A DNA stretch of 34,764 bases from Candidatus Xenobia bacterium (GTDB taxonomy: Bacteria > Vulcanimicrobiota > Xenobia > Xenobiales > QWHO01): NCBI GenBank assembly GCA_045863235.1, contig BTUM01000082.1, forward strand, positions 1 to 34,764, given 5' to 3'. The notes beneath the pieces were generated by a model that saw only the letters and a program-made list of their open reading frames with translations, did no database searches and was not told the DNA's origin. The position numbers and the translations under genes are program-made. Shown in pieces: positions 1 through 8,497 of the stretch; position 1 is the first letter of the stretch; every line of letters starts with the position of its first letter.

Positions 1-47
1 GACGAACGCATGTTCCGGGCTCCGCTCCGCAAGCGGATCATGACTGC

Positions 48-77
48 AAAAAAAAATGCCCGCTTGAGCGAGCGGGC
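48..77 (-). terminator. Intrinsic terminator of the Gly-rich gene
   Basis: GCCCGCT-N6-AGCGGGC stem (58-77) followed on the minus strand by a T9 run (A9 at 48-56), about 55 bp past the stop at 133. Confidence 0.85.
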
Positions 78-132
78 CGAAGCCTGTCTTGTCGTGAGCT
101 GGCCTCTGGCAAGAGCCAGGGCCTCCCAAACC

Positions 133-591
133 TTAGCGAGGAGGGCACACTCCGCCGGCGCAGCCACCGCCGCCGGCCATCAGGTTCTGGAGCAGGGCGG
201 CGATCATCTGCTCGGTGTTGGCGTCCTGCCCGCCCTGGTCACCGCCGCCGGCGCCCTGGGCTTCGCCCGAGCCGGCGAACTGATCGACGATCCCCTTCAC
301 GGTATCCATGACCCCGCTCAGTCCACCGCCGCCGCCGGCTCCGCCAGCGCCGCCGCAGCCACCGGCCCCGCAGGCGCCCTTGGCTGCCTCACCCGCTTTT
401 CCGAGCAGGCCTCCGCCGTCTTTGCCGGCGCCACCGAGCTTGCTGAGCAGCCCGCCGCCGTCCTTGCCGCCCCCGAGCTTACTCAGCAGCCCGCCGCCTT
501 TGCCGCCGCCGAGCTTGCCGAGGAGGCCACCGCCCTTGCCGAGGCCTTTGCCGAGACCACCTGCCAGTTTGCCGATTCCTGCTCCGAGCAT
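133..591 (-). CDS. Glycine-rich 152-aa protein with GGGLL(S/G)KLGG repeats and C-terminal CAGGVCPPR
   Basis: GGAGG SD 8 nt before ATG, GC3-biased codons and its own terminator; overlapping plus-strand ORFs look like shadows. Confidence 0.8.
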   Translation of the reverse strand: MLGAGIGKLAGGLGKGLGKGGGLLGKLGGGKGGGLLSKLGGGKDGGGLLSKLGGAGKDGGGLLGKAGEAAKGACGAGGCGGAGGAGGGGGLSGVMDTVKGIVDQFAGSGEAQGAGGGDQGGQDANTEQMIAALLQNLMAGGGGCAGGVCPPR

Positions 592-665
592 CGTGTTTAC
601 CTCCGATTGTCGCTGTTGTTATCCCGATGATAGATGCTCGGACAGGCTCTCGGGCAGGAGGGAGA

Positions 666-736
666 CTTTACAATTGTGTTAACTAGGGACCAGTTTTGTT
701 AACAGCCGACCCCGGTTTTCTTGCTTTCTTGTAACA
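666..736. promoter_or_regulatory. Putative OmpR-type direct-repeat boxes
   Basis: CTTTAC-N5-TGTTAA (666-682), TGTTAACA (697-704) and TGTAAC (730-735) in an AT-rich patch upstream of 591. Confidence 0.45.
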
Positions 737-773
737 AAGGTGACAGGGTCGTGAACAAAGTGCGCCTGAAAAC

Positions 774-2651
774 TCAGCGGGAGTCGAGAAGTTGTTGCAA
801 GACCCCGGCCGCGTCGGGATGGCCGAGCCGCCGGGCCTGCTCGAAGGCGGCCACGGCCTGCTCTCCTCGCTTGAGCGCGTAGTGAGCAAGGCCCAGATCG
901 AACCATGTCTGGGGCATGCCCGGGTCGGCCTGGAGAGCCTTCTCAGCGTAGGCGGCCGCCTCGGCCGGGCGTTCCAGACGCACCAGCATCATGGCCAGCA
1001 GAGCGCAAGCCTCGGGGTGAGCCTGGGCCATCTCCAGAAACTGGACCGCCTCGGGGTAACGCTTCTGGGATAGCTTGAGACGACCCAGGGCCAGCCAGGC
1101 ACGGTGGTCGCGGGGGTCGAGGTCGGCCGCGCGCATCAGGCTGTCCTCGCCCCCCCGGTCGTTGCCCATCGCTCGCTGCACCAGGCCGAGCTGGTAGTGG
1201 GCCTGGGCGTTGGTTGGCTGGATCTTGATCAACTCGGCAAAGGTGGCCGCCGCTCGCTCCAGCTTGCCCGACCGGGCCAGGGCCATACCCAGACCGATGC
1301 GATACTCGGGGGCGTGGGGCGCGAAGGTGAGGGCCAGCTCGAAGTTGCTCAGCGCCTCGGCGTAGCGCTCTCGTCCGGCCTGAAAGCAAGCCAGGCTGTA
1401 GTAGGCGCTGTGATACTGGGCGTCGAGCGTGAGAGCGCGCTCGTAGGACTTCTGAGCCGCGTCGTCCTCACCGAGAAGCTCCCAGGCAAGTCCGGTCTCG
1501 GTCCAGCCGCTGGCGTCCTCGCGCATGGTCAGGCCGCGCTCCAGGCACTCCAGGGCCGGACGCGGCTGGCCCATCTGCACCAGGGCGTGGCCTTTGTGCA
1601 TCCAAAGCTCGCGCCGCTGGGGATGGGTCTGAAGACAATGGTCGAGGAGCTCGAGCGCCTCTTCGCGGTGTCCCAGGCTGAGCAGGCACACGGCCCGGTT
1701 GTCGAGCTCGCTGACGTCGAAGCTGTCCGGCATGGGAGGCTGGGGAGCTGGCTGTCCGGTGAGTCTGGCGTAGATTCCCTCGAGCCTTTGTCGCACGGCC
1801 GCGAAGTCGCTCGGGCGGTCGGCGAGCTTCTTGGCCAGGCAGGCCTGGAGCAGCGCGTCGAGCTGCTCGTCGCCCTGGTAGCGGGGGGGAGCCAGGGAGA
1901 AATGCTGGTAGGCCAGCGTCATGGGGTTATCCCCCTGGAACGGGAGCTGCCCGGTCAGCATCTGGAAGAGCATGACGCCGAAGGAGTAGACGTCCGCCCG
2001 CGTGTCCACGTTCGCGGCATCAGTCCACTGCTCGGGCGGCATGTGGGTGCAGGTGCCCATCATGCTGCCGGCGCCCGTGAGCGAGACGTCGGGAGGGGCG
2101 GTAGCCCGACCCTGGCCTAGCTGCTGGAGGTAGTTGCCCATCGCCTGGTTCTGGCGGCTGGAGGGCTCGCTCACCTTGGCCAGGCCGAAGTCGGTAATCT
2201 TGAGCTGGCCGTCTCTGGTCAGCATGCAGTTGGCGGGCTTGATGTCGCGGTGGACCCGCAGGCCCATGGAGGCGGCGTGGGTCATGCCGTCGCAGAACTC
2301 CAGGGCCAGGCGCAGTGCCCGCTCGGGCTTACGCAGCTCGCGGGTGCCGATCAGGTCGGACAGATCGCCCCCGTCCACATACTCGAGAAAGAGCAGCAGC
2401 TCCTCGCCAAGGGGAAGGAAGTAGTGAGCGCGCACCAGGTTGGGATGGCTGCCCACCTTGATCCAGGTATAGGCCTCCTGGCGGAAGCGCTCGAGCACCT
2501 CGGCGTCGCGCTGTTCGGCCTGGAAGGTCTTGATGGCCAGGGGCACCTTGTCGCGCAGGTCGAAGGTGATGTAGACCCTCCCGAGGCCGCCCTGGAGCAC
2601 CCGGTAGACCTTCCAGCGGTTGTCGATGACCTGCCCGACGCGGTATTCCAT
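774..2651 (-). CDS. Hanks-type Ser/Thr protein kinase with C-terminal TPR repeats
   Basis: GGLGRV, AIK, HRDIKPAN, DFG, MPPE and DVYSFG motifs; TPR-patterned C-terminal half; AAGGAGG SD. Confidence 0.95.
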   Translation of the reverse strand: MEYRVGQVIDNRWKVYRVLQGGLGRVYITFDLRDKVPLAIKTFQAEQRDAEVLERFRQEAYTWIKVGSHPNLVRAHYFLPLGEELLLFLEYVDGGDLSDLIGTRELRKPERALRLALEFCDGMTHAASMGLRVHRDIKPANCMLTRDGQLKITDFGLAKVSEPSSRQNQAMGNYLQQLGQGRATAPPDVSLTGAGSMMGTCTHMPPEQWTDAANVDTRADVYSFGVMLFQMLTGQLPFQGDNPMTLAYQHFSLAPPRYQGDEQLDALLQACLAKKLADRPSDFAAVRQRLEGIYARLTGQPAPQPPMPDSFDVSELDNRAVCLLSLGHREEALELLDHCLQTHPQRRELWMHKGHALVQMGQPRPALECLERGLTMREDASGWTETGLAWELLGEDDAAQKSYERALTLDAQYHSAYYSLACFQAGRERYAEALSNFELALTFAPHAPEYRIGLGMALARSGKLERAAATFAELIKIQPTNAQAHYQLGLVQRAMGNDRGGEDSLMRAADLDPRDHRAWLALGRLKLSQKRYPEAVQFLEMAQAHPEACALLAMMLVRLERPAEAAAYAEKALQADPGMPQTWFDLGLAHYALKRGEQAVAAFEQARRLGHPDAAGVLQQLLDSR

Positions 2652-2671
2652 GGCTATCCTCCTTTGCAGCT

Positions 2672-2705
2672 CTACAGTTGCGCCACTCGATGTCCGCGAG
2701 TGTAG
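2672..2705. repeat. Degenerate CTACA...TGTAG palindrome related to the 18278/27310 element
   Basis: CTACAGTTGCG-N12-CGCGAGTGTAG; the right end resembles GGGAGTGTAG of the full element. Confidence 0.35.
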
Positions 2706-2814
2706 AAACCGCCTGCACCCCTACGCTGTCAACGTTGAGCTTCGTCGCAGCGCCCGTGCCAGCCGGTGAGAAAGTGTTTCGAGCCGCTCGTGGCACGGGT
2801 CAATGCGACCAGGT

Positions 2815-3441
2815 CTAGAGAGCCCACCAGAGCAGCAAGAGAATGACCGAGGCCGCCTTCCCGCAGCCAGATTTCCCCGCCGCGGCCAGGGTCTTCTCCA
2901 CTTCCTGGGCCTCAAGGTCGGCCTGCCGGGCCTCCTCCTCCTTGCCCGCCTTGCGCAGCATCTCGGCCCTGGCTCTCATGTAATTCGCCGACTCTCTGGG
3001 AATCTGGCCGACCTTCTTGCAGAACTCGAGCTCTGCCCGGGCGGCCTGGCCGAAGTCGTTGGCGGCCTGATCGAAAAGCTCCATACGAATATAGGTCTTG
3101 GCCCGGTTGACAAAAAAGAACGCGTTCAGGGGGTCGAGCTCGATGGCCCGGGTGAAGTCCTGCAGAGACCGGGCATGCTGGCCGAGCAGTCCGTAACCGA
3201 TAGCGCGGGTGCTGTAGAATGGCGCATAATCGGGCTGCACGGCGATTCCTCGCTCGCATTCGGCGATCATCTTGTCCGCCTCCCCGCGCACCTGAAAGAC
3301 CGAGGCCAGCCCGATGTATGCGTCACAGTAGCCCGGGTCGGCCTTCAGGGCCTGCTCGAACAGCTCGAGAGCCCTGTCGTGCTGGTCGGCGGCGTAGGCT
3401 TCCCGGCCCGATTTCATCAGGGTCTCGGCCTGACTGGCCAC
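2815..3441 (-). CDS. TPR protein paralog 2 (208 aa) with C-terminal SGCG plus hydrophobic tail
   Basis: GTG at 3441 overlaps the upstream TAG (TAGTG) and gives the same 208-aa length as the paralog; TPR pattern. Confidence 0.85.
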   Translation of the reverse strand: MASQAETLMKSGREAYAADQHDRALELFEQALKADPGYCDAYIGLASVFQVRGEADKMIAECERGIAVQPDYAPFYSTRAIGYGLLGQHARSLQDFTRAIELDPLNAFFFVNRAKTYIRMELFDQAANDFGQAARAELEFCKKVGQIPRESANYMRARAEMLRKAGKEEEARQADLEAQEVEKTLAAAGKSGCGKAASVILLLLWWAL

Positions 3442-4067
3442 TAGAGCGCCAACCACAGGAAAAGCAGGATGATGGCGGCTGCTTTGCCACACCCGGATCC
3501 GGCTTTCCCCGACATGGCCTTCTCGAGCTCTCGGGCTTCTCGCTCGACCTCCTGGGCCTCGTTTTCCTTACCCGCCCGACGCAGCATTTCCACGCGCGCC
3601 AGCATGAGGGCAACCGCCTCACGGGGGGGGTGCCCTCGCTCCTTGGAAACCTCGAGCTCAACCTGGGCGGCCTTCTGAAAGTCGTCGGCGGCCTTGTCGA
3701 AGGCCTCCATCTTGATGTAGGTCTTGGCTCGTGCGGCGTACTGAAGGAAGTTTCGAGGCTCCAGCTCGATGGCTCGGGTAAGATCTTGCAGCGACCGGGC
3801 ATGCTGGCCGAGCATCTGGTAGGCGACAGCGCGAGTGCTGTAGGCCAGGGCATGGTCTGGCTGAACGGCGATGGCTCGCTCGCACTCCTCGATCATCTTG
3901 TCAGCCTGGCCCCGCTTCTGGTGCACTGCGGCCCGAGCGATATAGGCCTCGCAGTAGCTGGGGTCGGCCTTCAGGGCCTGGTCGAAGAGCTCGAGCGCCC
4001 GGTCGACATCGCCGGCGCGGAAGGCTTCCATTCCTGCTTGCCGGTGAGCCTCAGCTTGCTGGTTCAT
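3441..4067 (-). CDS. TPR protein paralog 1 (208 aa) with C-terminal SGCG plus hydrophobic tail
   Basis: TPR repeats; colinear with 2815-3441 (DRALELF.QALKADP, LGQHARSLQD.TRAIEL); G-rich GGAG SD. Confidence 0.9.
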   Translation of the reverse strand: MNQQAEAHRQAGMEAFRAGDVDRALELFDQALKADPSYCEAYIARAAVHQKRGQADKMIEECERAIAVQPDHALAYSTRAVAYQMLGQHARSLQDLTRAIELEPRNFLQYAARAKTYIKMEAFDKAADDFQKAAQVELEVSKERGHPPREAVALMLARVEMLRRAGKENEAQEVEREARELEKAMSGKAGSGCGKAAAIILLFLWLAL

Positions 4068-4263
4068 GTGACTCCCCCCTCTTGGGGCAGATCTTTCACG
4101 TGGGGCGAGAGGCTCCTTCGTGTGGTCCTGGACCAGGCTGGTTGTCTTGAGAAATTTTCCCTGTTGCAGGCAGGATCTTGATCGGCCTTAAAGAATCGCC
4201 AGCCATTCGGACCCCCCAGCGGCGCGGGGTCCCGCCTTCCGCCCGGAAGGCCATCTGAAGGAG

Positions 4264-4674
4264 ATGACCCTGATTCCCTGTCAAGTCCCGGATACCTCAT
4301 TGGCTCACGAGCTTTCTGCTCGCTACCAACTGTCCGCCGTGGTGGCCTCGCGCGACCTCGACGGTGACTACGAGATCGACTGGATGGTGCTGGCTGCCTC
4401 CGGCGCTTGTTTGACCGCCTGTCGCCTGCTGATCGCTGGCGACGATCACTACTGCCTGCCGGGGGTTCTGGTGCAACGCATCCTGCGGGCCAATGCCGAG
4501 AACCCCTGCCTCAAGCTGATCGGGGGAAGCCTGCTGGTGGGCCAGAGGGGGTTCTCCGACCTGGGACGGTTCCGCGGCCTGGATCCGCACCAGGCGATGA
4601 AGCTGTTTCATCGTTCCCGCTCGGGCCGAGAGTGCGATTGGGACTGGCTCGACTGGTCTCGGGGAAGGGGCTGA
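4264..4674 (+). CDS. Hypothetical protein (136 aa)
   Basis: Fills the gap, GC3-biased codons; the AGGAG abuts the ATG so the start is uncertain; no family recognised. Confidence 0.55.
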   Translation: MTLIPCQVPDTSLAHELSARYQLSAVVASRDLDGDYEIDWMVLAASGACLTACRLLIAGDDHYCLPGVLVQRILRANAENPCLKLIGGSLLVGQRGFSDLGRFRGLDPHQAMKLFHRSRSGRECDWDWLDWSRGRG

Positions 4675-4685
4675 GAAGCGCGCTG

Positions 4686-4964
4686 CGGGTAAGGAACGGA
4701 TGCTCGCAGCCGCGCCGTCCGTGGGCGAACGCCTGTTTGTTCCCGGCGGGTAGGAACGGATGCTCGCAGCTGCGCCGTCCGTGGGGCGAACGCCGGTTTG
4801 TTCCCGCCGGGTAGGAACGGATGCTCGCAGCTGCGCCGTCCGTGGGGCGAACGTCTGTTTGTTCCCGCCGAGTACGAGCGGATGCTCGCGGCGAGGATGG
4901 GCGGGACGAACGCAGCGTCTGAGGCTGAGCCCGTGGGGCGAACGCCGGTTTGTTCCCGCCGGGG
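4686..4964. repeat. 61-bp tandem REP/BIME-like array (3 full units plus 1 interrupted unit)
   Basis: Units start at 4686, 4747, 4808 and 4869; each has a GTGGGGCGAAC...GTTTGTTCCCG imperfect hairpin; lies between convergent genes. Confidence 0.9.
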
Positions 4965-4967
4965 TGG

Positions 4968-5690
4968 CTACGCTTCCTGGAAGACCATCGAGTGCATGGC
5001 CACCACCTCGAGCAGCAGGTCGTCTTCCTTGCTGGTCATGGTGGACTCGGTCTCCAGGCTGAGCAGGTGCCCGGCAACCAGGTCGAACTCGAAGCGGCCC
5101 TTGCCGATCAGCGTGTAAACGTTGCCCTCGGTGCCGGCGGTATCGCCCTCGTAGCGCACTTCCTGCGAGTCGAACAAGATGGTGATCTTGTTCTCTTTCA
5201 AGGCGTTGACGCGATAGAAGCTGGCCACCTCGATGGGCTGGTTGCGACCGGTCGGGAAGTGGAGCTGGTTGACTTTCCACTCCGACCCCACGCCCACCTT
5301 GGGTTCGGGCAGGAGGAGCATGGTGGCCTCCATCGGGTCGCTGGCCTCGATCACCTGGCCCAGGGGGGTGTGCTTGAAGTAGACGATGCGCGGCTCGCCC
5401 ACCGGCAGCGGCTGCCCGTCCAGCGAGCGCTCCACCGGGGTGTGGTAGGAGAGGACATAGAAGCCCTGATCCTCCTCGTCCTGGGCGATCACCTTGTGGC
5501 GCACGTCCGAGACGAACTCTTCCTTGGCCCGGGTGGAGAATCGGGGCGAAGCGTCGGCGTTGCGGAAGACCTGCAGGGTCGAGCGGAAGCTCAGCTCCAG
5601 CCCGGGCTGGTAGCGATAGCGAAGCTCCTTGGAGGCCTGAGGCACCACCAGGCTCTCCGGGTCCAGGACGGGTCGCAGTACGGTGGTCAT
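4968..5690 (-). CDS. Hypothetical beta-rich protein (240 aa), DUF6263-like pattern
   Basis: ATG at 5690 overlaps the upstream stop (ATGA); LRYRYQPG, LPEPKVGVGSEW and GKGRFEFDLVAGHL patterns. Confidence 0.75.
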   Translation of the reverse strand: MTTVLRPVLDPESLVVPQASKELRYRYQPGLELSFRSTLQVFRNADASPRFSTRAKEEFVSDVRHKVIAQDEEDQGFYVLSYHTPVERSLDGQPLPVGEPRIVYFKHTPLGQVIEASDPMEATMLLLPEPKVGVGSEWKVNQLHFPTGRNQPIEVASFYRVNALKENKITILFDSQEVRYEGDTAGTEGNVYTLIGKGRFEFDLVAGHLLSLETESTMTSKEDDLLLEVVAMHSMVFQEA

Positions 5691-6769
5691 GAGCTCTCTC
5701 CTTCCAGTCTCTGGCGGGTCGCCACGTATTCGGGCTTGTCGCTCGAGACCGCCAGAGCGCGAGCGATGCTCTCCAGAGCCTCCTCGCGCTGGCCCAGGAC
5801 ATCCTGACACAGGGCCAGGTTGTTCCAGGCGTCGGCGTAGTCCGAGCGCAGCTCGACGGCCTTCTTGAGGGCCTGCATTCCCCGCTCGGGGTCGCCGGCC
5901 TGCAGCCAGGCGGTGCCGTGCTCATAGTGCAGGTCGGCTCGCTCGGGCAAGAGCAGGGCCGCCTTCTGGTAGGCCCGGGCAGCCTTCTCGAGCTTGTTGA
6001 GCTTGAGCAGGGTATCTCCTTGCAGCTCGAACACGCGGGCATCGGTGGGGTCGAGCTGGCCGGCCAGGGCCAGCGCCTCGAGAGCTTTCTCCCACTGCTC
6101 CGAGCGGTGCAGGGCCAGGGCCCAGAGGCGCACCACCCGCGGGTTCCACTCTTCCTCGTTTTCGTCTAAGGCGCGCTGGGCGGCCTCGGCGGCCTCGGCA
6201 AACTGGCCCTGCCCGAAGAGGGCGCTGGCCAGGTTGTACTCGATGTCCGGCGAGGTGCCCAGGCGCGCGGCCGCGCGCAGGGCGTCGGCGGCCTCGGCGT
6301 AGTCCTCGAGGTGGTGGCAGGCCAGCCCGAGCAGGCGCTGATACCCGGCGTTGGTGGGGTAGAGCGCCACTGCCTGGCGCAGGGCGGCTCGGGCTCGCTC
6401 GTAGTTGGGCTGCTCCTGGTAGAAGAAGGCGCAGCCAAGTCGGTAGTAATGCTCGGGATTGAGGGGCTCGCCCTCCACCGCTTCTTGATAAAAGTGGATG
6501 GCGTCGCGGAACATGCCCTTGTTGAACAACACTCCGGCCAGGTCGGAGCGGTGCTCGGACGAGGTTACGTCCAGCTCGCAGGCCTGCTTGAGAAAGAACA
6601 GGGCGTTCTCACTGTCACCCTGCACGGCGTACAGGTTGCCCAGCGCGGCATAATACTCCGCCTGGCCATCCTGTTGCACGGCAGAAGTGAGGCAGTTGAG
6701 CGCCCGTTCGTTGTCTCCGCTGCGGGCCGCTTCCAGCCCCTCTTCGTAGAGGTCGCTGGCGGTCGGCAC
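5687..6769 (-). CDS. TPR repeat protein (360 aa)
   Basis: About 9-10 TPR-like units; GTG directly follows the TAA of the upstream gene. Confidence 0.9.
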   Translation of the reverse strand: MPTASDLYEEGLEAARSGDNERALNCLTSAVQQDGQAEYYAALGNLYAVQGDSENALFFLKQACELDVTSSEHRSDLAGVLFNKGMFRDAIHFYQEAVEGEPLNPEHYYRLGCAFFYQEQPNYERARAALRQAVALYPTNAGYQRLLGLACHHLEDYAEAADALRAAARLGTSPDIEYNLASALFGQGQFAEAAEAAQRALDENEEEWNPRVVRLWALALHRSEQWEKALEALALAGQLDPTDARVFELQGDTLLKLNKLEKAARAYQKAALLLPERADLHYEHGTAWLQAGDPERGMQALKKAVELRSDYADAWNNLALCQDVLGQREEALESIARALAVSSDKPEYVATRQRLEGESS

Positions 6770-8377
6770 TTACGCCCTGGCGCCCACCGCGAGCTTGCGG
6801 TAGCTCGGCCACCAGTCCCAGGTCGCCTTCTCTTGTCCATCCTGGACGAAGGTCGACTTGTAGTCGGTGTGGGCGGTGTAGATCTTGGAGATGCCTAGCT
6901 CGCGGCAGGTCTTGATCTCACCCTCGGTGACGAGGGCGTCGCCGGTCTCGTCGACCCACACGTGGATGTTGTTCTTCTCCATGTCGGCCAGCGAGACGAA
7001 GCCTTTCTCCTCGGTGTCGAGCTTGGCCAGCTTGGAGTACCCGTCCTTGAAGCCGCCGGCGTCGCCGAAGAGGTGCTTGCCGTTGGGAACATCCTGCTTG
7101 TCGTCCGGCTGGCACAGCAAGGCACCGCCTGGATTGACCCACTCCACCAGCTCCTTGACTCCATCGGCGTCGAGGTCGAACATCCGCTTGTTTTTGGCGC
7201 TGAACTTGTGAGGATGGGGTTTCCACTCCCCGTCCTCGACCGGGGGCACGCCGTCGCCGGCAAGATCGAGCAGGATCGGGGTGCCGGACTTCACGGCCGC
7301 TTCGTAGGAGGCTTTGGCCCGGGCGTAAGCGGCCTGGTCCTGCACCCCGCCGCCGCCGGAGCAGCCCTGGCCGGACTCGGACATGGCCACCGAGATGGCC
7401 AGGCTCATCGGGATGCCCTGCGAGTTCATGAAGGTCACCGCCAGCGACATCGCCATGGCCGAGCCGCCAGCGCCCTCGGCCGCCGCTCCGGCGCCGCTCT
7501 GGCCGCCCTTGGCCTGGTAGAGGTTGGCGTAGGAGTCGTTGACCTGAGCCATGGACTTGCGGGTGCCAGAAAGCTTGCCCCGGCCGCCGACCTGTCCGTC
7601 ATGCCCCTTCATGCCGATCTTGCCGAACTCGGACTCGACCATCATCTGCTTATAAAGCTCGGCCGGGCCAACCTTGTTGATGGCCTTGGGGTTCTTCAGC
7701 TTGGGGTCTTGCTTGCCCTGAGCGTACTGCTGGCGGAGCTGCTCGAAGGGCATGCCGAAGCGCTGCTCGAGGGCCTGCTTGAAGGCTTCCGGGGGAGCGT
7801 TGGGGGGCAACATCTTCATACCGGCGCCGGGGCCGAGCGACTTGGGATTGGCGATCAGCTGCTGGACAGCGCCCGGGCCCTGCATCCCCGGGGAGAAGCC
7901 CTGTCCGAAACCAGGCTGCATTCCGGGGAAGCCACCGCCGCCGGGCAAACCGGCCTGGGCGTGGGCGAAGGGCATTCCGTTGGGGCCGATGCCCGCGAAG
8001 GCCTGGGCGCCGGGCACGCCGGCGCCGGCGAAGGCCTGCGGCATACCGCCGAACTGGGGCATCCCGCCGAACTGAGGCATGCCGAACTGGCCAAAGTTCT
8101 GGGGCCCGAAGGGCTGGGGCTGGCCGAACTGGGCCAGGGGGTTCTGCTGCTGGCCGGCCCCGCTCATGCCGGCGAAGAGGCTCATCAGGGTGAGCAGCAG
8201 GGGAAGCTGCTGGGCGCTCAAGTTGGGGGCGCCGAAGTTGTTGCCGAGCAGCGCGCTCCCGGCGTGGCCGTCGCAGGCGGGGCAGTGGCCGCCGAGGTTG
8301 GGGCCGATACTGGCCGTGAAGCCGGGGGCGCCGACAAAATTGGCCGTCAGAGCCGGGTTGAAGTTGTTTTGGATCAT
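6770..8377 (-). CDS. Gly/Gln/Pro-rich protein with a C-terminal FrpC self-processing-module (SPM)-like domain
   Basis: PILLDLAGDG...FDLDADG...WV...NGKHLFGD...GYSKLAKLD...VWVDETGD...GEIKT.RELGI follows the SPM motif order; AAGGAG SD. Confidence 0.85.
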   Translation of the reverse strand: MIQNNFNPALTANFVGAPGFTASIGPNLGGHCPACDGHAGSALLGNNFGAPNLSAQQLPLLLTLMSLFAGMSGAGQQQNPLAQFGQPQPFGPQNFGQFGMPQFGGMPQFGGMPQAFAGAGVPGAQAFAGIGPNGMPFAHAQAGLPGGGGFPGMQPGFGQGFSPGMQGPGAVQQLIANPKSLGPGAGMKMLPPNAPPEAFKQALEQRFGMPFEQLRQQYAQGKQDPKLKNPKAINKVGPAELYKQMMVESEFGKIGMKGHDGQVGGRGKLSGTRKSMAQVNDSYANLYQAKGGQSGAGAAAEGAGGSAMAMSLAVTFMNSQGIPMSLAISVAMSESGQGCSGGGGVQDQAAYARAKASYEAAVKSGTPILLDLAGDGVPPVEDGEWKPHPHKFSAKNKRMFDLDADGVKELVEWVNPGGALLCQPDDKQDVPNGKHLFGDAGGFKDGYSKLAKLDTEEKGFVSLADMEKNNIHVWVDETGDALVTEGEIKTCRELGISKIYTAHTDYKSTFVQDGQEKATWDWWPSYRKLAVGARA

Positions 8378-8448
8378 GAGAGCACTCCTTTGGCAGAGTA
8401 TTTGATCTCAAGATACCACCCACCCCCCGGTCCATCCAGGGTGACGGT

Positions 8449-8465
8449 TATTAAATGTTTGTTAA
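8449..8465. promoter_or_regulatory. TATTAA-N5-TGTTAA direct-repeat box
   Basis: 11-bp periodic repeat in an AT-rich patch about 70 bp upstream of the SPM-like gene. Confidence 0.45.
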
Positions 8466-8497
8466 ATTTATGAACTGCGTGATCCGGGGGTGGGCAT

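Noticed and set aside
308..682. Proline-rich 124-aa plus-strand ORF
   Set aside because: Reverse-complement echo of the Gly-rich gene, which holds the SD and terminator
4686..4964. CRISPR array
   Set aside because: Whole 61-bp units repeat with no unique spacers, and there are no cas genes in the window
4297..6042. 581-aa minus-strand ORF crossing the repeat array
   Set aside because: Off-frame, Arg/Pro/Gly-rich shadow overlapping better-supported genes
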